Notes under the pieces: model-generated
The model's database searches: none
The model's input: only the letters and a program-made list of their open reading frames with translations
What the model was told of the DNA's origin: nothing
From: an uncultured virus (IMG/VR IMGVR_UViG_3300046691_000407)
Taxonomy: Duplodnaviria > Heunggongvirae > Uroviricota > Caudoviricetes
Strand: one strand, 5' to 3'
Length of the DNA: 64,000 nt
IMG/VR virus record: IMGVR_UViG_3300046691_000407
Position numbers and translations under genes: made by a program
Shown: positions 50,884-60,801 of the stretch, in pieces
How positions within the stretch are numbered: position 1 is the first letter of the stretch
How the letters are laid out: every line of letters begins with the position of its first letter

Positions 50884-51314
50884 TCCGTCACGCTGGCCCA
50901 CTGAGGCCCATGCCAAGATCGCGGCCGGTCGGTGAGAACGGAATAGATTGACGTGACCTCGCCGGGCAATTCCGCACGCCGATCATCCGACAAAATGTTT
51001 CAAAGCTTTCGATCACATTCCCGCTTGTCCGCGTGCAATCCCTTGCGCGCGGACGGATCACCGCTGCTCTTCCATGCTTCCGCATGAACGATCTTTGGAA
51101 ACGCCATGCGGCGCGCCCTGAAAGCGGCTGCCCTGTGGGACTACATCGACAGGGTCATGGCGATCGCGCCGCCGAACAGACAGACCAAAAAAGCCAGCGT
51201 GAGAAGGTCAAAGGCGTTGTCGATGTCGATCCTGGAGATGAGGCGGAGCATGGCGCGAGTCCTTCGCTTCTTAGAACTATTCCAGACTTAACACACGTCC
51301 CGACGGACGCAACA

Positions 51315-51406
51315 AAGGACTCGATGAAGGACTCGCGTGGCAACGACAAAAAAGTTTCGTAGGACTCGAAAAATTCGTTGACGAATCCTTTCTCGCTTCC
51401 TATAAC
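51315..51406 (+). promoter_or_regulatory. near-consensus sigma70 promoter with three upstream AGGACTCG repeats
   Basis: TTGACG (51378-83), 17 nt, TATAAC (51401-06); AAGGACTCG at 51315 and 51327, AGGACTCG at 51361; GAATCC overlapping -35. Confidence 0.75.
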
Positions 51407-51465
51407 CACGCTCGCAAGGGCAGAAAAGCCCAAGGATTTAGTCCAGAACCTCGAAGGGGCCGCAA

Positions 51466-53082
51466 GTGAACACCACCGCAAAAATCATCTCGATCAACTC
51501 GAAAAACCCGGTCGAAGAAATCCAGTCCATGGTCGCGCAGAACATCGGAGCGTCGATGAACGGTGGCTCCCGCGGTGAAGTCCCGCTCACGATGGGCAGC
51601 AACGTCGCTCGTGACATTCTCAAGCGCTCGTCTGACTTCCGTGATTTCGCCTGCGTCGTGTTCGAATATATTGCGAATGCCCACGAATCCTACCAGATCG
51701 ATGATCTCGACCGCGAGATCCACATCGACATCACCAAGGGCGCCAAGGGCAAGGTCCAGATCCGCGACAATGGCTGCGGAATGTATCTCGAGTCCCTTAT
51801 CAAGTTCTGGACGATGCACGGCGAGACCTCCCGCCGCGAGAATGGCCTGAACCTCCGTGGCTACAACGGCACGGGCAAGATCGCCGGCTACAAGTATTTC
51901 ACCTCCATGGTTCTGGAAACGGTCAAGGGCGGCCTCCGCAACGTGACCCGTCTCGGCCGCAAGCATATCGAGGACATGGCCAAGACTGCAGGTTCGGTCA
52001 AGATCGACGAGATCGCGGTCAATGAGCCGACCGACTTCCCGAACGGCACCACGGTCACGCTATCCAACTCCCTGGCCCCGCTGACGACGGCGCAGATCAT
52101 CGAACTCCGCAAGAAGATCTCGATGGAGATGATGATGTGGATGAAGGGCACCAAGGTCTACGTCAACGGGGAACTCGTTGAGCCGGAAGCCGTCACCTAC
52201 GACGAGACCTTCACCATCAGCTCCGAGGACGGCAAGATGGAGCTGCAGGTCTTCTTCCTGGATCGTGGCTACAAGGATGAGATGCAGTCGATCTTCATCA
52301 ACGCCGGCCCGGTATTCATCGCTGCCGAGAACTACGGCAAGGAAGGTCATCGTTTCTCGTCCAAGGTTCATGGCATCCTGACCACGTCGCACGAGTGGTA
52401 CGCCGAGCACTTCGAGGGCCGTCGCGAAATGTTCGTCGCCGAGGCCCGCGACCTCAAGCTGAAGCTCAGCCATCCGGCCGCTGTCGAACTCAAGGAATTC
52501 GCCGAGACCTCCATCCGCGGTATCATGAAGCTCCTCGATGAGCGCGAGAAGGAACGTCAGCAGAAGCAGCTCGACGAACGCATGAAGGCGATGCAGGACA
52601 AGCTCAGCCGCCTCTTCTCGAATATGTCCGACCGCATGAACTTCAAGCGCCGTCTCGAGAAGGTCATCGTTCCTTCTGAAAATCCCGAGCCGCGCCAGCG
52701 TGCCGAGAACCCGCGTGACCGCAAGCCGAAGCTCAATGTCCTGTTCAAGGAGTTCGAGAACGATCCGAGCGAATACCGCGTCGACCTCGAGCAGGGCTTC
52801 ATCGAAGTCAACCTGAAGTCTCCGCAGCTCGCCGGCATCGCTGAGAACAAGGACGACGCAACCTGGGATCAGGCGGTTCTCGAGATCGTCAAGACCGCCT
52901 TCGTTGAGATGGAGGCTGCCCGCCGCCTGTCCGAATCCTTCGGCGAGCGTTCGTCCGACGTATCGACCTACCTCCGCGACCAGGCCGAGGCGACCCGCGA
53001 GATCCGCGTCGCCGCGAACACGATGCTGGCCGAGATGTACCGTGGCTTCCAGACGCGCCGCCAGACCGAAGCGTCCAAGTAA
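51466..53082 (+). CDS. GHKL (MORC/MutL/Hsp90-like) ATPase with coiled-coil C-terminus
   Basis: EYIANAHE, IRDNGCGM, GYNGTGK, NGTTVTL; codon usage looks high-expression. Confidence 0.82.
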   Translation: MNTTAKIISINSKNPVEEIQSMVAQNIGASMNGGSRGEVPLTMGSNVARDILKRSSDFRDFACVVFEYIANAHESYQIDDLDREIHIDITKGAKGKVQIRDNGCGMYLESLIKFWTMHGETSRRENGLNLRGYNGTGKIAGYKYFTSMVLETVKGGLRNVTRLGRKHIEDMAKTAGSVKIDEIAVNEPTDFPNGTTVTLSNSLAPLTTAQIIELRKKISMEMMMWMKGTKVYVNGELVEPEAVTYDETFTISSEDGKMELQVFFLDRGYKDEMQSIFINAGPVFIAAENYGKEGHRFSSKVHGILTTSHEWYAEHFEGRREMFVAEARDLKLKLSHPAAVELKEFAETSIRGIMKLLDEREKERQQKQLDERMKAMQDKLSRLFSNMSDRMNFKRRLEKVIVPSENPEPRQRAENPRDRKPKLNVLFKEFENDPSEYRVDLEQGFIEVNLKSPQLAGIAENKDDATWDQAVLEIVKTAFVEMEAARRLSESFGERSSDVSTYLRDQAEATREIRVAANTMLAEMYRGFQTRRQTEASK

Positions 53083-53094
53083 GATCAAGATCGT

Positions 53095-53130
53095 GGAAGG
53101 GCGGCTATGATGCCGCCCTTCCTCTTTTCT
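53095..53130 (+). terminator. intrinsic terminator
   Basis: GGAAGGGCGGC/GCCGCCCTTCC followed by TCTTTTCT. Confidence 0.8.
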
Positions 53131-53156
53131 CACGTGCATCCGGAAAGATTGAATCC

Positions 53157-54254
53157 ATGGATACGAACGAAGTAGCCCGCATCCGCCCTCTGGTGTCCGA
53201 TCTGGTCAAGATCGGCTTCTTCCGCCTTTCGGGCATTTCGACCACGCTGTCGCTCAGCGAACTCTCGGAAGTCGCAGCCGAGGAGGCCGAATGGCGTCTG
53301 GTAGCGCTGGCCGACGGCTGGTACGTCACCAACTGGGAGGACACCCTCGCCTCCGAAACGATGAACCGCATCGCTGGCGTCGTGCATCAGCCTGTGGCCG
53401 CATCCGACGTGGCTGATGCTCTCATGAGGGCTGTCGCCCACGGTCCGGCATCGGAGAAGGCGGCGGCGCGCCGTGCCCGTGCCAAGCTGTGCCTGGAGAC
53501 ATACGATTCCATGCCGTCTAGGGTGGTTCTGGATCACCTGTGCGACACCGTCGGCGCAGCGAGGACCTCCTTCGGCGGGACTGACATGATCGACTTCGAT
53601 GGCGTGGCCTGTCCGGTGGAGCCGTCCGAGATCGAGAAGTCCGTTCTCTACGCCCTCGAGGAAAGTCCGTACGGCGCGATGCAGGTTAGCCGCCTGTGCC
53701 GCCGCGTGGGTAAGAGCCGGGCGTCCACCTACCATCATATCGACAAGATGCCGTTCATCCTGAAGGATCACAAGAAGGCGGCCCGCGTCATCGGCGCCGA
53801 GGGGCATCCGGAGGACTTCGTGTCCAATGAAGCAGAATTCTTCGGCTCCTTTGCCATGACGCCGGATAGCCGCCGGGCAATGGTCGAGCTGAACGCGAAC
53901 GAGGAATGCATCGAGAGCAACTCCTGCAACATTCCCGTCGAATCCAGACAGCTCGTCGAGGGCGTGTATACGGAGGTCAATTCGGGGATCGAGATCCGCA
54001 TCGACGGCCCATCCGGCCCCGATAAGCGAAAGGTTGCTGGGCTGTCCCACGTCATCCGCACCCATTTCAAGGGGTACGCGTCGAAGGACAAGGTGTACCT
54101 CATTCTCGACAAGGACACGGGCGAGGCCCGCGTCGACGTCGTGAGCATGCACGCGAGCGAGAAGGTGGCTGTGATCGAGCGCATGTTCGACGAAGGCATC
54201 CGTCAGGGTCCCCTGCTGGAGGCGTTCTCTGACGATCTCGGAGTGGCGGCGTGA
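53157..54254 (+). CDS. hypothetical protein
   Basis: 365-aa ORF; GTGA overlap with the next gene. Confidence 0.65.
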   Translation: MDTNEVARIRPLVSDLVKIGFFRLSGISTTLSLSELSEVAAEEAEWRLVALADGWYVTNWEDTLASETMNRIAGVVHQPVAASDVADALMRAVAHGPASEKAAARRARAKLCLETYDSMPSRVVLDHLCDTVGAARTSFGGTDMIDFDGVACPVEPSEIEKSVLYALEESPYGAMQVSRLCRRVGKSRASTYHHIDKMPFILKDHKKAARVIGAEGHPEDFVSNEAEFFGSFAMTPDSRRAMVELNANEECIESNSCNIPVESRQLVEGVYTEVNSGIEIRIDGPSGPDKRKVAGLSHVIRTHFKGYASKDKVYLILDKDTGEARVDVVSMHASEKVAVIERMFDEGIRQGPLLEAFSDDLGVAA

Positions 54255-54760
54255 CAGACGGTTTGCCGGAGCGGGAAGCCGCAGCGAAGGCCCTTCGAGA
54301 TTCCGTGCGGGTTGCCGCCCTCGATATCCTGTATCGCAGACGGAACGGCGTTCACAGCCTGAAGGACGTCCGAAACCTCATCCTGTCAGACAGCAGATCC
54401 GCCGCCCTCGCACTTCTCATCGAGGAATACGAGTTCGAACAGGCGGAAGCCGACACCGTGCTCGAGTTTCTTGATCCGGCGATCAAGGGAAAGCAGCTAC
54501 GCTTCGAGGAGATCTCTCCGTCGGACATCCTGTTCTCTGATCCAGAGGATGCCACCGAGGAAGAGGACGCGGATCCTCTCGAGGTCAGGATCCGTTATTT
54601 CGCCCGGCGCGGACTGACAGTGGCGGAAGCGTTCCCCACCACATCCATCGTTTCCGGCCAGGGGACTTATGAGCGGACGGACAAGATCTTTTTCGATTCC
54701 GAGAGACTTGATCCGTCCGACCTGCAGCAGGCATGGCGCGTAGTCGCCGTCGATGACTGA
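54251..54760 (+). CDS. hypothetical protein
   Basis: Translationally coupled; GGAG RBS. Confidence 0.62.
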   Translation: MTDGLPEREAAAKALRDSVRVAALDILYRRRNGVHSLKDVRNLILSDSRSAALALLIEEYEFEQAEADTVLEFLDPAIKGKQLRFEEISPSDILFSDPEDATEEEDADPLEVRIRYFARRGLTVAEAFPTTSIVSGQGTYERTDKIFFDSERLDPSDLQQAWRVVAVDD

Positions 54761-54796
54761 AGCCAGTCAGTATCCATTCGCGGTCTGGTTCGCTGC

Positions 54797-55255
54797 TCAG
54801 GTGGACGGAGACGCAGCGAGATTGCGATGGAGCACTTCGCAGGTGATCGCCTGCCCCTCCTCCAGCTCGGCATCCCACTCGTAGAGCCACATTCCGGGAT
54901 TATCGCCGTCGAAGGCCGGCATCAGGAAGGTCAGATGGAGGTCGAACAGGTCTCGGGCCTCCGCCTCCGTATCGGCCTCCACGTCCTTCGTGAGGACGGC
55001 CTTCACGTTGGCATAGACATCGAGGATCCATTCTTTTTCGCCGTCGTCGTTGCGGACGACCTTTGCGGTCGCCATGTCGATGTAGTGCGCGACGAATTCT
55101 GTCCTGAAGTCGTTGAGCAGCGTCACTCCGGGAAAAGGGTCGGCCTCCATGCACCGGGCGGTCAGGGCGCTTTCGCTCTCGCCTTCCCGGTAATCGATCG
55201 TCTGGAAGTTCAGGTATTTCGACCAGCGCTGGTCGGAAAGGCGGAAGGTCGGCAT
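54797..55255 (-). CDS. hypothetical protein
   Basis: AGGAG RBS. Confidence 0.62.
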   Translation of the reverse strand: MPTFRLSDQRWSKYLNFQTIDYREGESESALTARCMEADPFPGVTLLNDFRTEFVAHYIDMATAKVVRNDDGEKEWILDVYANVKAVLTKDVEADTEAEARDLFDLHLTFLMPAFDGDNPGMWLYEWDAELEEGQAITCEVLHRNLAASPST

Positions 55256-55314
55256 CGGCTGCTCCTATGGTTCTACAGCCGATGATCGACCGATGGCTGG
55301 CATTCTTCAACGCC

Positions 55315-56004
55315 TCACGGGATCGGCCGTTCGGAGAGCTTGTATTCCGGCTCGACGAGACGGAAGCCCGTGAGCTCGATGACATCCAGCGAAGAGAACC
55401 GGGCGAAGGACTTGTAGTTCGCGCAGTAGTGCTCCGCCCTCGCCTTCAGCTCGTCGAGAACCTCCTGGGCGGGGAACTCGTCGACGAAGATGGCGACGCT
55501 GAGATATGCGGGGTAGCGGTGCTTGCTCTCCGCCACCCGCTGCACGGATGCGGCGTTGCGCTCGATGGTGCGCAGGCATGCCTCATTCGTCCATGCGCCG
55601 GGCTTCGTCTCCGGTTCGAAGTCTTCCCGTGCGAGACGGTCGCGGATGTGGCGCTCGTGCAGTGCGTTGTAGTCCTTCATGGACTGGACGGCCGCCGCGC
55701 GCGCGGTCTCGTAGTTTGCGGGATCGTCGCGGTAGTGGCCGCCGCTGCCGTTGTTGAACCATCCGGGAGTCGTCCAGATCGAGGCCGGGCGATGGCAGTT
55801 GTGGTCATCCGGCTCCTGGGCGATGTGGTTGTTCCACCAGTCGATGTGGCGGATATCGGCGGAAGCCTTCCTGGCGACTTCATCGCCGACGCCGCATTCC
55901 CCGTACTGTCCGGTCACGTAGGCGCACAGCTCCCGCTCGAAGTTGCCGGCGTAGCTGGTCGTGTCGATGACGATGACTTTGGATATGGGGTTGTCTACGG
56001 CCAC
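55315..56004 (-). CDS. phage-type hypothetical protein
   Basis: VIDTTSYAGNFERELCAYVTGQYGECGVG...YLSVAIF; GTG start after GGGAGA. Confidence 0.68.
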   Translation of the reverse strand: MAVDNPISKVIVIDTTSYAGNFERELCAYVTGQYGECGVGDEVARKASADIRHIDWWNNHIAQEPDDHNCHRPASIWTTPGWFNNGSGGHYRDDPANYETARAAAVQSMKDYNALHERHIRDRLAREDFEPETKPGAWTNEACLRTIERNAASVQRVAESKHRYPAYLSVAIFVDEFPAQEVLDELKARAEHYCANYKSFARFSSLDVIELTGFRLVEPEYKLSERPIP

Positions 56005-56400
56005 GCGGTGTCTCCCTGGCGGTTGTGCATCGAAATCATGGGGCGTCGGCCGCCCAGATGCAACGTCGGCGGATCCTTCCGCACCCATGCGCCGCCGCTT
56101 AGAATAGGCGAAGCCCGAATCCTCGCCACGGAGTGCGTCAAATGGAACTGAAGATCACCCGCGAGTGGGTCGAGAAGCGTGCCGCCCTGGAAGCCGATCT
56201 CGAAATCGGAGCCGGAAGCTCCTCCATCCACTGGAATTCCGCAGATGCGCCGCCACCCATGGAGGTCGACATTGCTGATCCTCTTCCATCCACCGGGGCG
56301 CTCGCGGAATAAGCCACGGATGTTCTCGTCTGGAGCGGCATTGCAAAGGTTTGCGCTTGCTGGCCCATGAGGCATCTTCTTTAAAACGTCGGGAGATTTC

Positions 56401-57684
56401 ATGTCTAGGAACACAGCCACCAGGGAAGCAGTTGAAGACGTCGCCGAGGGACTCCGCACCTACGCGGACACGCTCGAGCGGAATGGCGAGGATCCGACAT
56501 TCCTCCGTGACTTCCAGACGGCGCTCCGTGACTACGGCTTTTTTGGCGAGCGCATCGCCGGCGACGCGATCCGCAAGATCGACTACGTTCTCTGGCCGAA
56601 GGTGTCGGCGCTCGCGGAGGGAGGCGCGCTGGAGCTAGACGAGGGTGTAACGCTCTCGCATGCAAAGCGCGAAGGATGCGTCCTTTCGGTGACGGTGGTC
56701 GATCCCGAGGGCGCCCAGCGCTTCAGGATTCACTGGAGGCAGGACCACAAGCCAGATGCGCAGGCCGATGCCAGCGAAAAGGAACGCGTCGCCGTGATGT
56801 TCCAGTCGTGCCCGCCGGATGATCCCCAGTACGAGTATGCGGAGATGATCGCGTCCGCCAATCTTTCGCGCTTGCCCGGTGACAGCCTCAACACCTCCAG
56901 CCACGGGCTTCTGTGGGCCGTGAACTTCTTCGACTTCATCGATGCGATGGACGTCCTGCGCCCGGCGCTTTCTGGCGAAATCGGGTCGATACCCAGGCAG
57001 ACCCCATGGAAGGATCTGCCGTTCTCCTTCGAGGAGATGGACAAGATGTCGATCGCGGACATCGTCGCCAAAGATGGCGGTCTTCCCGGCGCGGCCGCCC
57101 GCGAGAGCGTCCTGACCATGCTCAGGGAGCGTGGCACCCCGATGCTCGCCTCGATCGCCGAACGGTCTGAGCAGATCGCGCTGTGGCTCGAAAGCCAGGG
57201 CTGCGTCTGGGACGGAGCCGCGCAGACCACTCACGGCGGCGACAATGTCATGTACGCTGTCCGCTCCGAAGCCGGGAAGCTTGGCCTGCTGTTCAACGCC
57301 CGCAACAACAGCGGCCCATACACCGTCTTCCTCTCCTCGAAGAACCCAGAGGATGGCACGGCGTCGCTTGTGGCTGCGACAGGCGGCAGGCATGTGTTCC
57401 GCACGGTTGAGTCATTCCTGGCGGATGAAGCGCCCAATGCTCCGACCGCCAGGATCAATCTGTCGACCGGGGAGCATGACATCGGGCCTGCGTTCGTGGA
57501 GACAGACGTCCTTGATCTCGCGCTCTGTCATCTGCGGTTCGTGGAGGAGGATCTTTTGGAGATCGCCGCGGGCGAAGTGTCCGAGCGGTTTGAACGCGAA
57601 GACGACTTCCAGTTCTTCATCGATGCGAATTCCGGCTTCTACCTCGACGCGGAAGAGGAGCAGGAGGCGCATGTCGCGCCATAG
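56401..57684 (+). CDS. hypothetical protein
   Basis: GGGAGA RBS, 427 aa, acidic tail. Confidence 0.68.
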   Translation: MSRNTATREAVEDVAEGLRTYADTLERNGEDPTFLRDFQTALRDYGFFGERIAGDAIRKIDYVLWPKVSALAEGGALELDEGVTLSHAKREGCVLSVTVVDPEGAQRFRIHWRQDHKPDAQADASEKERVAVMFQSCPPDDPQYEYAEMIASANLSRLPGDSLNTSSHGLLWAVNFFDFIDAMDVLRPALSGEIGSIPRQTPWKDLPFSFEEMDKMSIADIVAKDGGLPGAAARESVLTMLRERGTPMLASIAERSEQIALWLESQGCVWDGAAQTTHGGDNVMYAVRSEAGKLGLLFNARNNSGPYTVFLSSKNPEDGTASLVAATGGRHVFRTVESFLADEAPNAPTARINLSTGEHDIGPAFVETDVLDLALCHLRFVEEDLLEIAAGEVSERFEREDDFQFFIDANSGFYLDAEEEQEAHVAP

Positions 57685-57698
57685 CAGCGAAAAAGACA

Positions 57699-58355
57699 TT
57701 GAAGCGGGCGCTGGACGGCCAGACCCGGACAATGGATCCGGAGAGCGCTCTTGCGGCGCGGCGCGAGAGGGAGCTGCGCATCGCCCAACGGGCACTTGCG
57801 CGAGGCAGACGGGGATCGAAGCGCAGATCCAAGGTTCGGGAACAGCTCGCGCGCCTCCAGCGCCGCATCGCCAATGCCCGTTCGACGTACCTGCACCAGG
57901 TGTCGGCCAAGCTTGCAAAAACCTACGCCTTCATCGCGGTCGAGAAGCTGCAAGTAAAGAACATGACCGGTTCGGCGCGGGGAACCGCCGACGATCCGGG
58001 GACGAATGTCCGGCAGAAGTCCGGCCTTAACAGGGCGCTGCTCGATGCGGCACTCGCCATGCTGATCTCGTACACGTCCTACAAGGCTGAGAGAGCCGGT
58101 GGGATGATGGTGAAGGAAAATGCCGCGTATAGCTCGCAGAACTGCTCGTCCTGCGACGACCGCGTTGCCAAGGCCCTTTCGGAGCGGACGCACCGCTGCT
58201 CCTGTGGCTTGGTGCTCCACCGGGATCACAACGCGGCAATTAACATTCTACAGCGCGCCCTCAAGGCGCACGGGCGGGCTAGGCTGCCTGGAGACGCTAA
58301 CGTGGGGCACCAGCCCGTGCGTCGTCTCGGAAACATGGTCGCGGAAGCCGCCTAG
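57699..58355 (+). pseudogene. tnpB: N-terminally truncated TnpB (C-terminal half only)
   Basis: Bridge-helix region, AVEKL, KSGLNR, SQNCSSC...CSCG, RDHNAAINI present; HTH/WED and RuvC-I Asp absent. Confidence 0.8.
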
Positions 58356-58418
58356 CGGCCCAAATCCAAACCAGGATCGACGTGCCCCACACGAAAATCC
58401 GAATAGCCAGTAGTTCAC

Positions 58419-58609
58419 CCACTTGATCTTGAAGCGGTGGTCGAGCATGACCTTAAGCATGACGCTGACCTTGCGGTTCACGACCTTGCGGCGGTCTGCG
58501 CCGTCGTCGTCATCCGACCCATCCTCGCCAACGAGCTGCTCGTGTCGTACCACAGAGTGTCGACCTTCGTGCCCATCCCCGAAGACTGTGATGGTTTCGC
58601 TCTTGCCAT
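58419..58609 (-). pseudogene. frameshifted, truncated gene remnant
   Basis: AGGAG-ATG MARAKPS...DTLWY continues in another frame as HEQLVGEDG...RKVSV and runs into the tnpB remnant. Confidence 0.35.
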
Positions 58610-58672
58610 GATGTTCTCCTCTCAGGCGGACAACCTATATGACAAGGATTCGAAATCAAGTCCTTGTAGAGC

Positions 58673-58867
58673 TTAGGACAGAAAAAGTTGCCGCGCGATG
58701 AGCGCGACGACGCTGGCGCTCGCCAGCATCAGGGCGAAGGCGAAGAGGCGGCCGGAATGGGTGCCCTCGTCGTGGTCGAAGAGATCCGCGAGATGCGGCG
58801 GAACATCGGACACGATGTAGCGCTCGATGAATCCCGGAGCCGTCGTGGCATGATCTGCAGCCTGCAT
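58673..58867 (-). CDS. small C-terminally anchored membrane protein
   Basis: 64 aa with one C-terminal TM segment; CtrA-type box upstream. Confidence 0.45.
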   Translation of the reverse strand: MQAADHATTAPGFIERYIVSDVPPHLADLFDHDEGTHSGRLFAFALMLASASVVALIARQLFLS

Positions 58868-58937
58868 GGATTGAATCCTAAATTTCGCATTCGTTAACCA
58901 ACGCATATCCGCGCCCAAATCCGATGTCAAACGGATA

Positions 58938-58953
58938 TTAAGGATTCGTTAAC
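58938..58953. promoter_or_regulatory. CtrA-type box with an internal GANTC
   Basis: TTAA-GGATTCG-TTAAC matches TTAA-N7-TTAA(C); TTCGTTAACCA also occurs at 58890-58900. Confidence 0.6.
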
Positions 58954-59083
58954 CAATTCTTCAGGGAGGCGCGGCGGATGTCCTCGACGGATCAGATACC
59001 CTTGGGATGGCCTTCCGGATCGAGCCGCCGTGCTGAAGGCATCCCGCACAGGGCCATGGGGCAGACGGAATGACAAGGTCGGT

Positions 59084-59113
59084 TTGACACAGTCGACCGT
59101 AGTTCTTCATACT
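59084..59113 (+). promoter_or_regulatory. sigma70-type promoter for the small RNA candidate
   Basis: TTGACA-18 nt-CATACT. Confidence 0.55.
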
Positions 59114-59118
59114 CATTG

Positions 59119-59177
59119 CGGCCAGAAATGGCGACTTCCACCTACGGGTGGCAAAAGGCGGCTAACCCGCCTTTTTT
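59119..59177 (+). ncRNA. ~60-nt three-hairpin small RNA candidate
   Basis: GCCA-GAAA-TGGC, CCACC-TACG-GGTGG, then terminator GGCGG-ctaac-CCGCC-TTTTTT. Confidence 0.55.
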
Positions 59178-59239
59178 ACGTCCTGAGCTTCGTCATCGAG
59201 TTGATCGCGGTTGGATTCCGCCGGGATGGTCGTCGCTGA

Positions 59240-59443
59240 TCAGGCCCCGCCGAACCTCAGCCCGACATGGAGGAGGATCATGCCGACGGCAACGATCGAG
59301 ACGATCTCGAAGGTGGGCGGGAGGTATTTGAGCTCCCAGTCCGTGCTCCACTTGAGGTGGAACGCGACGGGCCAGAGGTGATGGTGCAGGCTGGAGCCGC
59401 CGGGGCCGAACGGGTTCTTCTTGCGCTCAAAGAACACGTCCAC
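59240..59443 (-). CDS. small membrane protein
   Basis: AGGAGAG-GTG start; C-terminal TM segment. Confidence 0.45.
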   Translation of the reverse strand: MDVFFERKKNPFGPGGSSLHHHLWPVAFHLKWSTDWELKYLPPTFEIVSIVAVGMILLHVGLRFGGA

Positions 59444-59448
59444 CTCTC

Positions 59449-59817
59449 CTATGCGGCCTGATGACCGGGAAGCGCCGCGAGTTCGATGAACCCCTGCAGC
59501 CCGAGAACGTAGGTGGTTCCTTCGTCCGAGACGAGGATGTCTCCGCACGAGGTGCTGCGGTGAGGCCCCGGGGATGCGAGCGAGACGCCTTCCGGCAAGT
59601 TGTCCGTCCAGCCTTCGTCGAGGTTCTGAGTCATGGGATAGACGTCGGTCATTCTGTATCCCGTCAGCGTGGCGACCTTCGTGTAGTCGCCGCGCGCATA
59701 TGCCAGCGCCGCCTGCTCGGCCTGCTTCGTGCCATCCGCTTTGGGAGAGATGATTGCGAGAAGGGTGTCTGCGCCTTCGCGTTCAACCTTCTTCCAGTCG
59801 AGATGATGTAGCTCCAT
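59449..59817 (-). CDS. phage-type hypothetical protein (RSxSxGD motif)
   Basis: TQN...W...HRSTSCGDIL...GF; GGAGG RBS. Confidence 0.65.
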   Translation of the reverse strand: MELHHLDWKKVEREGADTLLAIISPKADGTKQAEQAALAYARGDYTKVATLTGYRMTDVYPMTQNLDEGWTDNLPEGVSLASPGPHRSTSCGDILVSDEGTTYVLGLQGFIELAALPGHQAA

Positions 59818-59874
59818 GAGTCCCTCCGTGATCGGTGCGGATCATAGAGGGACCGTCCGCCAATGCAACCGCCT

Positions 59875-60681
59875 TCAGGCGAGGCGCGCGAGGTGGCTCT
59901 GGGCAAGCACCGAGAGGATGGCGTTCGCCGCCCTTGCCGCCGCGGTCTCGTCAGAAAAGCCGAGGCTTGCGAAGATGCTCTTCGCCTCCTCGTCGTTCAC
60001 CGCGTTGGCGGCGAGGAATGCATCCCGCTTCCGTTCCGCCTGGTGCCGGAGGAGCTGGATGCGCGACTTCTCTTCGCGGGCAAGGCGTACTGCCAGATTG
60101 GCTGCATGGATGGCGCGGTCCTCCTCGCCCGGCTCTGCCACCGTCCTGATCATCTCCCATTCGAGAACGCGCATCCGGGTGATCTCGCCGTCCTGGGCGA
60201 TGGAGGTGTCACGCTCGCTGTCCTGCAGGAACGTGAACTTGCCCGTCTCCGCATACCGGGGTTCGTTGAACGCGAGGCCTGAAAGAACGCCGTCGCGCGT
60301 GTCGATCTCGACGCGGCGGAAGTCGCCCGCCAGCGGGTTCACCGCGCCGCCGGAGGTGATCCAGTCACGAAGCACCTGCTCCTGCCAGTCGCCGAGGTGG
60401 GACGTGAACTTCTCGAACAGATCGACGTAGTCCTCGGTGACGGTGTCGTCCATCTCGCCCGCGAAGTTGGATGCCATCGCCCACGAATCCGTCGACGTAG
60501 TGGCGGTGACGGAGTCGATGAAGGTCTCGCGAAGCCATTCCTCGTCGCCGGCACTGAAGTCGGGAAGGATCATGGAAAGCTCGTTTCCGGACAGGAAGGA
60601 CTCCACTGCGCCATTGATGACGGCAGCGGAGTAGATCCGAGGGCGTGGGCGGATGTCGTTGAGCACGAGCTGCGACTGCAT
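59875..60681 (-). CDS. hypothetical protein
   Basis: GGAGA RBS, 268 aa. Confidence 0.65.
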   Translation of the reverse strand: MQSQLVLNDIRPRPRIYSAAVINGAVESFLSGNELSMILPDFSAGDEEWLRETFIDSVTATTSTDSWAMASNFAGEMDDTVTEDYVDLFEKFTSHLGDWQEQVLRDWITSGGAVNPLAGDFRRVEIDTRDGVLSGLAFNEPRYAETGKFTFLQDSERDTSIAQDGEITRMRVLEWEMIRTVAEPGEEDRAIHAANLAVRLAREEKSRIQLLRHQAERKRDAFLAANAVNDEEAKSIFASLGFSDETAAARAANAILSVLAQSHLARLA

Positions 60682-60701
60682 GAGGTGGTCTCCGTTCGAA
60701 T

Positions 60702-60736
60702 TGAATCCTTGCTGCGAACATTTTTGCTAGGATTCA
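60702..60736. promoter_or_regulatory. inverted GANTC-containing repeat in a divergent promoter region
   Basis: TGAATCCTTGC...GCTAGGATTCA. Confidence 0.5.
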
Positions 60737-60801
60737 GGCTTGCACGTCAACAGGTTTTATCCTTACGCTTCTGCTACGAACCGAATCCGAGAGGCTGTGC
60801 C

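Noticed and set aside
51106..51291. 61-aa ORF upstream of the GHKL promoter (and 42781..42918 after the radical SAM gene)
   Set aside because: Short, with weak RBS and no motif; cannot be supported.
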